Assembly: GCA_963664405.1 (NCBI GenBank)
Contig: OY761158.1
Coordinates: forward strand, 4,160,001-4,224,000
Length of the DNA stretch: 64,000 nucleotides
Direction of reading: 5' to 3'
DNA from: Thermoanaerobaculia bacterium
GTDB taxonomy: Bacteria; Acidobacteriota; Thermoanaerobaculia; Multivoradales; Multivoraceae
Shown here: one piece after another, positions 1 to 9,230 of the stretch
Layout of the letters: each line of letters begins with the position of its first letter
How positions within the stretch are numbered: position 1 is the first letter of the stretch
Notes under the pieces: model-generated
Databases searched by the model: none
Told to the model about the DNA's origin: nothing
Seen by the model: the letters and a program-made list of their open reading frames with translations, nothing else
Translations under genes and position numbers: made by a program

Positions 1-115
1 CGGCAACTCATTGATGTCCTCGATTGCGGCTGCCCTCTGGCGCATAGAGACGAACTGGGAGACGGTCTCAGAGCGCTTGACTCCGCTGCGGCGCTGGCTC
101 TTCAGCGAGATCTAG
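1..115 (+). CDS. Possible 3' end of an upstream CDS (partial)
   Basis: Frame 2 is open from the window edge (GNSLMSSIAAALWRIETNWETVSERLTPLRRWLFSEI) to TAG at 113-115; no recognisable motif. Confidence 0.3.
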   Translation, partial: GNSLMSSIAAALWRIETNWETVSERLTPLRRWLFSEI

Positions 116-165
116 AGCGCGCCTCGAGTACGGTCTCTAGCTCTCCCGGGATAGGCTGCAACGCG

Positions 166-1365
166 ATGAGTGAGGCGCATCATCGTTCCGCGACCTCTAT
201 CGCTGCCTTCTCGGAGATGGAGGTAGTGGTGGATCGATTAGTCGCGGGGGGCGAGGGGCTTGCCCGCTACCAGGGCGTGCCGATATTCATACCGCTATCG
301 GCTCCTGGCGACCGAGTGCTGGTAAACGTCGTGGAGCGGCATACCGATTACGCTCGCGCCGAGATCGTCCGTGTCCTCGAGCCCGGTCCAACCCGGCGCG
401 CGGCTCCGTGCCCGGTCTTCGGGTTGTGCGGCGGCTGTGATCTTCAGCACATTGCCGATGAAGAGCAGGGCCGGCTGAAGGTGGAGGCTGCCCTCGAGGC
501 CCTACGAAGGTTGGGTGGAATTCACCAACCACCTGAGGTTCGGATGATCGCGGGCTCTTCGTGGGCTTATCGTTTGCGTACGCAGGTGAGGCTCGAAGAA
601 GATCTCGAGGGGGTCCGAGCCGGCTATTTCGGCCGCGGCAGCCACATGCTCGTGCCGGTTAGCGAGTGCCCGATACTGGTTCCTGATCTGGAGCGGGAGC
701 TGGCGGAGCTACCCACCGTTGTACCTGTCGGGGGGCCTCGTCGTATCGACTTGGCGGCGGGAGACGACGGTACCGTAGTGGCGGCGCCTCCCGTTGAAGG
801 CCTTTCTCGAGGTTCTGTATTTCGGGATGTCGGTCGCTACCGTTACGAATACGATGCTCGGGTCTTCTTTCAGGGACACGCCGGTCTCCTTGCCGATCTG
901 GTGCGGGAGGTTTGTGGCCCTTGGCGTGGCGAAAAGCTTGTCGAGCTCTTCGCCGGCGTCGGTCTTCTAACTCTCCCGCTCGCGGCTCGTTACGGTCAGG
1001 TGATCGCAGTGGAATCAGACCGGGTCGCGAGCCGTTTACTGAAGAAGAACGCTCGCTCGAACGGGCTGAAGAACGTCGAGGTTGTGTCGCGCTCCGTTGA
1101 CTATTTCGTTCGGCACTTCGGCGGCGCCGCGGATCGAGTCGTCGTCGACCCACCTCGCAGCGGGCTTCATGTTCTGACTCGGATGGCCATAGTGAAATCG
1201 AGGGCGACGCGGCTGACCTACTTATCCTGCCATCCGGCGTCTCTTGCCCGCGATCTGAAGGACCTGTTGGCGACCTTCGAGCTCGAGAGCCTTTGCTTCT
1301 TCGACATGTTCCCTCAGACGGGTCACATCGAGACCTTGGCGCAGCTGGTGAGGAAGGCCGGCTGA
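166..1365 (+). CDS. rlmD: RlmD/TrmA-family RNA (uracil-5)-methyltransferase with TRAM domain
   Basis: N-terminal TRAM-like region, CPVFGLCGGC Fe-S motif, ELFAGVG SAM motif, VDPPRSG, YLSCHP, DMFPQTGHIE. Confidence 0.85.
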   Translation: MSEAHHRSATSIAAFSEMEVVVDRLVAGGEGLARYQGVPIFIPLSAPGDRVLVNVVERHTDYARAEIVRVLEPGPTRRAAPCPVFGLCGGCDLQHIADEEQGRLKVEAALEALRRLGGIHQPPEVRMIAGSSWAYRLRTQVRLEEDLEGVRAGYFGRGSHMLVPVSECPILVPDLERELAELPTVVPVGGPRRIDLAAGDDGTVVAAPPVEGLSRGSVFRDVGRYRYEYDARVFFQGHAGLLADLVREVCGPWRGEKLVELFAGVGLLTLPLAARYGQVIAVESDRVASRLLKKNARSNGLKNVEVVSRSVDYFVRHFGGAADRVVVDPPRSGLHVLTRMAIVKSRATRLTYLSCHPASLARDLKDLLATFELESLCFFDMFPQTGHIETLAQLVRKAG

Positions 1366-1379
1366 TAGCGTTGGAGACC

Positions 1380-1880
1380 ATGGCCGCTCACTACGAGATG
1401 AGGCTGTCGAAAGAGGACTTCAAGTTCTCTGCGGCGCACTTCACAGTTTTCTCGCGCTCGACCGCAGAGGTTCTGCATGGCCACAACTATCGCGTCCGGG
1501 TCGAGATCCTTGGACCGGCGACGGATGAGTTGGGGCTCCTGATGGACTTGCGGCAGGTGAAGGCCGATATCCGGGGCATCTGTGCGCGGCTCGATTCCAA
1601 GACCCTGGTACCCGTCGCCTGCTCCGAGGTTGGAGTCGAGCAGTCGGATGGGCAAGTTCGAGTTCGCTTTGGAGAGCGCTGTTACGAGCTTCCCATTGAG
1701 AGCGTGATTCTTCTACCGCTGAGAAACACCAGCATCGAGGAGCTCGCCCACTACGTGTGGCAAGAGCTGGCCCCGGGGCTCGCCGGCTCGGGCGCTACCA
1801 GGCTGGGTGTCGTAGTCGAAGAAACTCGGGGTCAGGGCTGCCTCTACAGTGCCGAACTGGAGAAAGCTTCGAAATCGTGA
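1380..1880 (+). CDS. queD: 6-carboxy-5,6,7,8-tetrahydropterin synthase / PTPS family
   Basis: FSAAHF, LHGHNY, TSIEELA and EET motifs; start placed at ATG 1380. Confidence 0.8.
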   Translation: MAAHYEMRLSKEDFKFSAAHFTVFSRSTAEVLHGHNYRVRVEILGPATDELGLLMDLRQVKADIRGICARLDSKTLVPVACSEVGVEQSDGQVRVRFGERCYELPIESVILLPLRNTSIEELAHYVWQELAPGLAGSGATRLGVVVEETRGQGCLYSAELEKASKS

Positions 1881-1897
1881 ACCGAGGAGGCCCGCCG

Positions 1898-2530
1898 ATG
1901 AGACGACTACAGTCGAGCCAGTTCGCCTTCCTAACAGTGTCGCTCAGCATTTTCCTCAGCTCGGCGATCGCAGCACAGAAGGGCTTCGAGCGCGAGGACC
2001 TGATCCAGCCTTTTCTGCGCGGCGAGTTCACCCAATGGCTGATCGGCCCGATCGCCCGAATGGCGTCGTCGTCGGAGCGAGACGGCTACCTCGCTCTGCG
2101 CACCAACGAAGAGGCAACCCGCTTCATCGAAGAATTCTGGGCGAAGCGCGACCCGAGCCCCGATCAAGAGGGCAACGCCGTCTTCGAGCTTTACGAACAG
2201 CGCGCGGTGGAGGCGGACAAGAAGTACACCGAGTCGGCCCACACAGGTCGGCGAACCGACCGAGGCGCCATCTACATCCTCCACAGCGAGCCGGAGTCGA
2301 CCGAGTACGAAGAGTTCCGCAACGTCGACGAGCCCGACGTAGAGCTCTGGCGCTACCCCAAGACCGCAGAGCTAGGCCTCGACGGCAAGAAGCCCGAGCG
2401 CATCTACCGTTTCGCCCGCATCGGCGACCTCACCAGTTTCTACTCCAAGCGCAAGAGCCGCGGTGACGCCACCGACCGCATGCGTCGAACCAGAGACTCC
2501 CAGGGCCGAGCTCCGAGTCGCTACCCCTGA
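1898..2530 (+). CDS. GWxTD-domain secreted protein
   Basis: GAGGAGG RBS, signal peptide, FIEEFWAKRDPSP, GRRTDRGAIYILH, ELWRY. Confidence 0.8.
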   Translation: MRRLQSSQFAFLTVSLSIFLSSAIAAQKGFEREDLIQPFLRGEFTQWLIGPIARMASSSERDGYLALRTNEEATRFIEEFWAKRDPSPDQEGNAVFELYEQRAVEADKKYTESAHTGRRTDRGAIYILHSEPESTEYEEFRNVDEPDVELWRYPKTAELGLDGKKPERIYRFARIGDLTSFYSKRKSRGDATDRMRRTRDSQGRAPSRYP

Positions 2531-2607
2531 CGCGAGGGGCGTGTCGGTGGCGTCGCTGGGGCGCCCGAGGGAGGAGAGGGTGTCTTAGCTGGGGTCCCCC
2601 GGAGAGG

Positions 2608-2733
2608 CAGCGCCGAAGTCGGCGAAGGGGCCGGAGGCGGGCGGGGTGCTCCTCGGCGGGAACGGCTGCCGCTCCTATTAGTGCGTTCAGCGGTGATGCG
2701 CCCGCCTCCGGCCCTTCGCCGACTTCGGCGCTG
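2608..2733. repeat. Intergenic inverted repeat with ~35-bp arms
   Basis: 2608-2643 CAGCGCCGAAGTCGGCGAAGGGGCCGGAGGCGGGCG is the reverse complement of 2699-2733 apart from one extra G. Confidence 0.85.
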
Positions 2734-2893
2734 GCTCTAGGCACCGAGACGTAAATGGGTGCATCTAAGAGGGCCCCGACTACCCTTGAGGGCTGGGAGG
2801 TGCCAGCCACTTGTGGGCGATGGCTGACGCGTTCCGGCGCTCGGTGGTGCGGGAGTGCGGGAGGAGGTGCCAGTCATTTGGATAGCGGGGGGA

Positions 2894-3164
2894 GAGCGTG
2901 AGAGCTGGAGCCGGGGGGTGAGGGGTTCCCGGCGCAGCCGAGGCGTAGCCCGTCGTGGCGAGCCGGGATCAGGTTCCTTGCTGCGATGCATTTCCAATGC
3001 TTGCCGCGGTGCTCTAAGACAAGCGCCTAAACCCGGCTCGGCCCATGCAGTCCTTCCAGGTCCGGGGACGACAATACGCTCGGCTACGACTACCGGTGCG
3101 TGACGGGCTCAGAGAGCCGAGCGAGCAGGGAACCCCTCACCCCCCGGCTCCAGCTCTCGCGCTC
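2894..3164. repeat. Intergenic inverted repeat with 37-bp arms (MITE/REP-like)
   Basis: 2894-2930 GAGCGTGAGAGCTGGAGCCGGGGGGTGAGGGGTTCCC versus 3128-3164, one mismatch. Confidence 0.85.
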
Positions 3165-3244
3165 GATCGGAGCGCCGCTCCGGCGCAGACACCCCAGTCG
3201 CGACCGCGACCCGACCGCGACCCGACAACGACCCGATGCTCGAC

Positions 3245-4231
3245 TCACTGGAAACGCCTCAGAGGAGCGCGGTTTTTTTCGAGCTCGATCTCGATTTGGC
3301 GGAAAAGGGCGTCTTCGCGCTGGTGCCAGGATTGCGGAGTGAAGGATGCCGCGGGGGCGGAGAGGAATACGAGACCGCGACCTGTGCCTGAGTCTGTGCC
3401 GGCCTTGATGCGGATGTCTGCCCAGATCAGAGTCCAGGCCGGCGTTACCTCGACACGCCTGTCGTAGGGTAGGCGCAGCTCGGTGAGGGCGTTGAGGATC
3501 GCGCCTACCAGGCGGCCGCCGTCGGAGGAGTAGGGCACGGAGTAGGTGTGGCTGGCGGTGAGCGAGCCCGGCGGGGGGACGAAGACGTCGGTCTCGAGGA
3601 GCGATTGATAGCCCGGAGTCTCAGCTAGGCGCGCGAAGTTGCTGTCGGTGCGCGCCCGCAAGCGTACTTTTTCGTCGAGCTGTACTGCTTGCGAGAGGTG
3701 ACGCATGGCTAAGGCCGAGTAACCAGCCATGGCGTAGTTGGTCGCTACTAGGTAGTAGTCGTCGCCAGAGCGGGAAGGCCTCGCGAGGTGCTTCTGGAAG
3801 TGCTCGGAGGACTCTTCGAGACGGCCGGCGAAGAGTAGAGCCGCGCCGAGGTTGAGGTGGTTGTCGACAGCCTCCGGATCGAGCTTCTGTGCCTGGACGA
3901 AGTTCTCGTACGCGACGTCGTAGTTGGCGTCAGACAGCTCGAGCGCAGCGAGGTTGAGCCACCCCTGTCGTTGGCTCGGATCGAGGGCGAGGGCGCGTCG
4001 CAGATCCGCCTCCCCTGATTCTCGCTCGCCGAGGTAGAAACGCGCCGTGCTGCGCAAGAGAAGAGCGCGAGCATCCTCAGGTGCAGCTTGCAGCAAGCCG
4101 TCGAGCAGCACGATTGCCTTCGGAGCGTCGCCGGCGTCGAGCAGCTCCTCGGCGCGGGCAACGGAGTCGGTCTGGGCCGAGACTCCGGTCTGAAGGAGCA
4201 GGCTGATGACTAGGAGTAGAGAAATTCGCAC
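3245..4231 (-). CDS. Exported tetratricopeptide-repeat protein
   Basis: Signal peptide after GTG 4231; TPR motifs (ALALDPS, AQKLDPE, AVQLDEK). Confidence 0.8.
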   Translation of the reverse strand: MRISLLLVISLLLQTGVSAQTDSVARAEELLDAGDAPKAIVLLDGLLQAAPEDARALLLRSTARFYLGERESGEADLRRALALDPSQRQGWLNLAALELSDANYDVAYENFVQAQKLDPEAVDNHLNLGAALLFAGRLEESSEHFQKHLARPSRSGDDYYLVATNYAMAGYSALAMRHLSQAVQLDEKVRLRARTDSNFARLAETPGYQSLLETDVFVPPPGSLTASHTYSVPYSSDGGRLVGAILNALTELRLPYDRRVEVTPAWTLIWADIRIKAGTDSGTGRGLVFLSAPAASFTPQSWHQREDALFRQIEIELEKNRAPLRRFQ

Positions 4232-4335
4232 GGCACACTCGAGGCGACACCTGATGTTGTGACAACCTCCCATCCTATTGGATCAGAAGCGCGGGGGCCT
4301 TGGGAAGTTTGCCGCTCCTGTAGAATCTGAAAGCC

Positions 4336-5439
4336 ATGTCGGACTTGCCTGCTCCCAAAGAGATCGCCGATGCGCTCGAGAACCGGGTCTTCGGTCAACA
4401 GGAAGCTGTGCGCGAGATGGCCGTTGCGCTGTCGAAGAAAGTCGCGGGTCTCAAGGTCGGAAATATCCTGCTCATTGGCTCTTCCGGCTCCGGCAAGACG
4501 ACTCTTATGAGGGCCGTGGAAGGCTTCCTGGCAGAGAATGAGGCGCTCGCGGCGAGATCCACGGTGGTCCGGGTTCATGCCAATATTCTGGGCGAAGAGG
4601 CGCAGGAGGGACACCCCGGCGAGAAGCTTCTGCTCAGACTGGTTGAAAGGGCGCGCCAACAACTGGGCGATGACGCCAGTGTCGATAGCATCCTCGATCG
4701 AGCGGTCCAGGGCCTGGTCTTTGTCGACGAAGTAGACAAGATCCGCTCGGTGGTGGGCTCGCGGCCCAATATCCACGGCATCCGAGCCCAGGAGGCCCTG
4801 CTCACCTTGATCGAGAACGAGGCTGTGCTCTTTGCTCTGCCGGAGTGGGCCGGCGGGGATACGGTGGAGATCGATTCGAGTGGCCTTCTCTTTGTCTGCG
4901 CAGGTGCCTTCGAAGGGCTCTATGACGCGGTGTACGACCGGGTTACGGTCGGCGCCGACCGCGGCTCGCTGCAGCCGGTGACCGTGGTCGACCAGGGGCA
5001 GGTGCGAGAGGAGACTCCTTTCCGGTTGCGCGACTGGTTGCGCCCGGTGGATCTCTTCGACTACGGAATGAGTCCGCAGTTCCTCTCCCGCTTCGATGCC
5101 ACCGTGCTCCTCCAAGATCTCGGCGTCGAGGAGCTTGTCACCATCTTTCTCGAGAGCCCGGAGTCGGCTTACCTTCAGGCGATCGAGTACTTCATCTCCC
5201 GCGACATCGGGCTGGCGATGTCTCCCGCGGCAGTACGCCGAGTTGCAGAAGAGGCCGCCGCTCAGCCGCGCCTCGGTGCCCGAGCGCTCAAGGAAGTCTT
5301 TCGGCGGGTCATCCGAGACTATGAGTACGATCCGTCGCTCATCGGCGGCGAAGGCCACCGCGTTCTCATGATCGATCTTCCGGAGGTTGTGGAAGCCCTT
5401 GATCGCGCTTCTGCTCCCGCGCTTGCCGCCAAGCAATGA
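4336..5439 (+). CDS. Divergent ClpX-like AAA+ ATPase
   Basis: VFGQQEAV, Walker A GSSGSGKT, Walker B FVDEVDKI, QEALLTLIE, VCAGAFEGL, GARAL; no Zn-finger N-domain. Confidence 0.85.
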   Translation: MSDLPAPKEIADALENRVFGQQEAVREMAVALSKKVAGLKVGNILLIGSSGSGKTTLMRAVEGFLAENEALAARSTVVRVHANILGEEAQEGHPGEKLLLRLVERARQQLGDDASVDSILDRAVQGLVFVDEVDKIRSVVGSRPNIHGIRAQEALLTLIENEAVLFALPEWAGGDTVEIDSSGLLFVCAGAFEGLYDAVYDRVTVGADRGSLQPVTVVDQGQVREETPFRLRDWLRPVDLFDYGMSPQFLSRFDATVLLQDLGVEELVTIFLESPESAYLQAIEYFISRDIGLAMSPAAVRRVAEEAAAQPRLGARALKEVFRRVIRDYEYDPSLIGGEGHRVLMIDLPEVVEALDRASAPALAAKQ

Positions 5440-6091
5440 TGCGTGGCGGGACCAGGGAGAGAATCAGGATCAGCGTGGTGGCCAAAATCAGGTTGCGGAA
5501 GACGCCGCTCCGCTCTGCCTGCGCCACCTGAGTGAGTGAGGCTGCGAGATAGGTGTAGATGTAGGTAATCGGCCCGAGGCCCAATGCGGTTGACAGTGCG
5601 AAGACCGGAAAGCGCAGCCCGGCCAACGAGGCAGCGTAGTTGGTCAAGACAAATGGACACGGCAGGTAGCGCATGCGGAAGAGGGTCCAAAAACCGTGCC
5701 GCTCGAGTAACTTCTCAACGGTCTGGAGCCTCTCTCCGAAGAGGTGAACTACCAAGTCGCGAGCCAGGGTGTGGGCGAGAAGAAAACTGAGGAGAGCGCC
5801 CAGGAAGGTCCCCAGGTAGGCGAGGGTCCCCCCCCAAATGGCGCCGAATACGACTCCGGCGGAAAGTACTAGCGGACTGGCGGGGAAACCGATTGACGTG
5901 AGTACGGCTGTGCTGACGACGTAGCCGGGCACCGCCAAGGGATGTGCGCCGAGCTGCCGTAGAGTCTCGGACAGAGTTTCCGGATTGAGCTGCTCGCGCA
6001 CCGCCGGGACTCGCAGCGTGAGCAAGCTCGCTACAAGGATCGCCGCTAGGACACCGAAGCGGAGCAGGAGCCCGCGTGGAATGCGTAGCAT
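5366..6091 (-). CDS. TVP38/TMEM64 (DedA/VTT superfamily) membrane protein
   Basis: Hydrophobic helices, AGVVFG..WG, RYLPCPFVLTNYAAS. Confidence 0.85.
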   Translation of the reverse strand: MLRIPRGLLLRFGVLAAILVASLLTLRVPAVREQLNPETLSETLRQLGAHPLAVPGYVVSTAVLTSIGFPASPLVLSAGVVFGAIWGGTLAYLGTFLGALLSFLLAHTLARDLVVHLFGERLQTVEKLLERHGFWTLFRMRYLPCPFVLTNYAASLAGLRFPVFALSTALGLGPITYIYTYLAASLTQVAQAERSGVFRNLILATTLILILSLVPPRIIAWRQAREQKRDQGLPQPPEDRS

Positions 6092-6104
6092 CGGCCTGCC
6101 GCGC

Positions 6105-6350
6105 TCAACTCTCCTCAGCGGTGGCCGAGGGAAGAACGAGGAACTCTCTCAGCTGGTGCTGGAGAATTTCGGCGGCCTCGGGGTCCATGAAGTTCAGCCG
6201 CAGCTCGTTGATGACTTTGACTTCCTGGTCCTCCCATTCGCGCCAGCAGTTCTGACAGACGTTGAGGACTACTTCGGCAGCCAAGTCGGTGGGCAGCGGG
6301 GGCTCAGCTGCTAGAGCCGGCCCCGACTTTTGGCAGCGCGAGCACTTCAG
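6105..6350 (-). CDS. yggX: Fe(II)-trafficking / oxidative damage protection protein (YggX-like); missing from the ORF track, probable CTG start
   Basis: Manual translation: (M)KCSRCQKSGPALAAEPPLPTDLAAEVVLNVCQNCWREWEDQEVKVINELRLNFMDPEAAEILQHQLREFL; W..W...Q...INE.RL pattern. Confidence 0.75.
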   Translation of the reverse strand: MKCSRCQKSGPALAAEPPLPTDLAAEVVLNVCQNCWREWEDQEVKVINELRLNFMDPEAAEILQHQLREFLVLPSATAEES

Positions 6351-6616
6351 CTTCGCACCTCGCCGGGAAGGACGATGCGGCTCTCGGACCGCTCGAGCAC
6401 CTCCCGCGGAATCTGAACCAGCAGGACGAGGTCGCGGGATTTCTGACTGCCCCTGACGTTCTTGACCATGTCATCGGGTACGGCGATCTTGAGCCATGCC
6501 GGCCGCTTCTCGTTGCGGCGAGCGCTGTCCGTTACCAGCTGGTCGACTTGGGCTATCAGCAGGCGGTCGCGGTACTTGTCGAGGGCAAAGGCGAGGCTGT
6601 CCAATTCGTCGCTCAT
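6347..6616 (-). CDS. Small hypothetical protein
   Basis: Protein-like ORF fitting between uxs and yggX; ATG 6616 preceded by TAGAAT. Confidence 0.65.
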   Translation of the reverse strand: MSDELDSLAFALDKYRDRLLIAQVDQLVTDSARRNEKRPAWLKIAVPDDMVKNVRGSQKSRDLVLLVQIPREVLERSESRIVLPGEVRS

Positions 6617-6626
6617 GGCTGCCATT

Positions 6627-7589
6627 CTACACCGCAGGGCTGGCCGGGCCGCTGTCCTCGCTCAGTCCTCGGAAGTAATCGATGGTCTTCCGAAGTCCCT
6701 CTTCTAACGGGACTTGCGGCTCCCAGCCGAGAATCTTCCGAGCTCGACTGATGTCAGGCTGTCGGGTCTTCGGGTCGTCTATGGGAAGTTCCTTGAACTC
6801 GATCGGAGACGACGAACCGGTGAGCTCCGCGATTCTCTCCGCGAACTCTAGAATCGTCAGCTCGCTTGGGTTGCCGATATTGACAGGCTCGCGCTCTGTG
6901 CTGTTGAGGAGTCGCCAGATACCCTCGACGAGGTCGTCTACGTAGCAGAAAGAGCGCGTCTGCGACCCCGTTCCGAAGACGGTAAGGGGCTCGTTGCGCA
7001 GACATTGGTCGATGAATGCTGGCACTACTCGGCCGTCGCGCGGTCGCATTCGCGGACCATAGGTGTTGAAGATGCGAACGATGCGAGTCTCTAGGCCGTG
7101 TACTCGGTGGTAGGCCATCACCATTGCCTCTCCGAAGCGCTTGGCTTCGTCGTAGACACCGCGAGGGCCGACAGGGTTTACGTTGCCCCAGTAAGACTCG
7201 GGCTGTGGATGGATGAGGGGGTCGCCGTAGACCTCTGAGGTAGAAGCCAATAAGTAGGTGGCGCCGTGGGCCTTGGCGAGCCCCAAGGTGTTGTGTGTCC
7301 CCAGCGACCCGACCTTCAGTGTCTGGATGGGGAGCTCGAGATAGTCGATGGGGCTGGCGGGCGAGGCGAAGTGAAGTACGTAGTCGACCTTTTCGGATAT
7401 CTCCAAGGGCAGGCTGATGTCATGTTGAACGAAGCGAAATCGGCTCTCTCCCTCGAGATGGGCGATATTCGTTCTTCGACCGGTAAGCAGGTTGTCGACG
7501 CAAATGACGTCGCGACCCTCGGCCAGGATTCGCTCGCACAGGTGCGAGCCGAGGAAGCCAGCGCCGCCGGTGACCAGAGCCGTGGTCAC
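6627..7589 (-). CDS. UDP-glucuronate decarboxylase (extended SDR)
   Basis: [49 protein letters not shown]. Confidence 0.9.
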   Translation of the reverse strand: MTTALVTGGAGFLGSHLCERILAEGRDVICVDNLLTGRRTNIAHLEGESRFRFVQHDISLPLEISEKVDYVLHFASPASPIDYLELPIQTLKVGSLGTHNTLGLAKAHGATYLLASTSEVYGDPLIHPQPESYWGNVNPVGPRGVYDEAKRFGEAMVMAYHRVHGLETRIVRIFNTYGPRMRPRDGRVVPAFIDQCLRNEPLTVFGTGSQTRSFCYVDDLVEGIWRLLNSTEREPVNIGNPSELTILEFAERIAELTGSSSPIEFKELPIDDPKTRQPDISRARKILGWEPQVPLEEGLRKTIDYFRGLSEDSGPASPAV

Positions 7590-8905
7590 GACGTGGTCAC
7601 GACGCTTCGGCGACCGACCGAGATGTAGCGTATCCCTGCCTCGAGCATCTCGACTGGATCGTAGAGGTTACGAAGGTCGACTACAACTGCTGCCTTCATC
7701 AACTCCTTCAGCCTCTCGGTCTCGAGCTTTCGAAATTGGTTCCACTCGGTCAGGATTACAAGCCCGTCTGCGTCGGTCGCCGCGTCGTAGGGGCCGTCGC
7801 AGAAGACGACTCCCGGTAGCCGGTCGCGGCACGCGTTCATGGCCGCCGGATCGTAGGCCCGGATTTGAGCGCCGCGCTTCTGCAACTCCCTGATGATACT
7901 GAGTGCGGGCGATTCACGTACGTCGTCCGTATCGGGCTTGAACGACAACCCCAAGACCGCGAGGGTAGTTCCCTCTAGGCCGTCGAAGGAGTTATCGATC
8001 TTTGCGACCATGCGCTCTCGAGTGTGATCGTTGGCTTCGAGAACCGCTTCGACGATGCGTAAGCGGACGTCGTTTTCGCGCGCAATCTGAGCAATCGCGC
8101 GGGTATCCTTCGGGAAGCAGGAGCCGCCAAAACCGGGCCCAGGGTGAAGAAACTGATTGCCAATTCGTGCGTCCAGGCCCATGCCCTGAGCAACAACCTC
8201 GACGTCTGCCTCCAGCACCTCGCAGAGCTCCGCGATCTCGTTGATGAAAGATATCTTCGTTGCCAGGAAGCTGTTGGAGGCGTACTTGATCAGCTCGGCG
8301 CTCTCGACGTCGGTAGTTACGAAGGGAACGCCCGCATTTCGAAGCGGCGAGTAGATGTCGAGCATGATCCGAAGCGCACGGCGATCCCGAGTACCGATGA
8401 CGACGCGGTCGGGGTGGAGGAAGTCGTCGATGGCCGACCCCTCGCGCAAAAACTCGGGGTTGGAGACCACCGCGAACTCCTGGCGTCCCCCTGTAGAGGT
8501 GCTTACGATGTCGGCGATCTCCTTGCCGGTCCCGATCGGAACTGTGCTCTTGGTGACGATTGCTTTGTAGCCGTTCAGGTTCTCGCCGATGGATTGTGCG
8601 ACCTGGCGGATGAATGTCAGGTCGGCGGAGCCATCCGGTAGTGGAGGAGTGCCGACGGCAATGAAGACGGCGGCCGATTGCTGAATCGCTGCGGGTATGT
8701 CTGTCGAGAAAGAGAGCCGACCCTCGGCTTCGTTCTTTTCGACAAGGCTCGCCAAGCCGGGCTCGTAAATCGGGATTTCGCCCGCACGTAACGAGTCGAT
8801 CTTGGACTTGTCCTTGTCGGCGCCAACAACCTGCATGCCGAAGTCGGCTAGGCAGGCGCCTGTCACCAGGCCCACATATCCCGTGCCTATGACGCTTATC
8901 TTCAT
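7586..8905 (-). CDS. ugd: UDP-glucose 6-dehydrogenase
   Basis: [32 protein letters not shown]. Confidence 0.95.
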   Translation of the reverse strand: MKISVIGTGYVGLVTGACLADFGMQVVGADKDKSKIDSLRAGEIPIYEPGLASLVEKNEAEGRLSFSTDIPAAIQQSAAVFIAVGTPPLPDGSADLTFIRQVAQSIGENLNGYKAIVTKSTVPIGTGKEIADIVSTSTGGRQEFAVVSNPEFLREGSAIDDFLHPDRVVIGTRDRRALRIMLDIYSPLRNAGVPFVTTDVESAELIKYASNSFLATKISFINEIAELCEVLEADVEVVAQGMGLDARIGNQFLHPGPGFGGSCFPKDTRAIAQIARENDVRLRIVEAVLEANDHTRERMVAKIDNSFDGLEGTTLAVLGLSFKPDTDDVRESPALSIIRELQKRGAQIRAYDPAAMNACRDRLPGVVFCDGPYDAATDADGLVILTEWNQFRKLETERLKELMKAAVVVDLRNLYDPVEMLEAGIRYISVGRRSVVTTS

Positions 8906-9063
8906 GGCGAAATGATAGGTCGGTTTGCGGTCGCTATGGCGAAGGCGTGCTGCCTAGGATCAAGGGCGGGTCGTAGACTACCCGAGGGTCCTCGAGCACG
9001 CAACCGTAACCTGAGCAGGCCCCCTGCCATCCTTAACTGTCTCGAAATTATGGAGTTAGCCTT

Positions 9064-9230
9064 CTAGTGTCGTGTCCCAGAAATGCCTACCCAATAGCTC
9101 GGCCCCTTTCGCTCGCTGCCTTCGTTACGCCTCGTCGACAGATTTCCCAATATGCCTGCCTCGCCGCGCCTTGGCAGCGACCGAAATGACCTCGATCTAT
9201 TAGGCAGGCATCTCCGGGACACGACACTAG
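9064..9230 (-). mobile_element. 167-bp CTAG-bounded palindromic element, family 1 copy A
   Basis: CTAGTGTCGTGTCCC...GGGACACGACACTAG terminal inverted repeat of ~34 bp; conserved core on minus strand; right CTAG is the mlaD stop. Confidence 0.8.

Noticed and set aside
8945-9001. Imperfect hairpin upstream of ugd (ops/JUMPStart or terminator)
   Set aside because: No GGCGGTAG motif, no U-tract, and no second copy to support it.
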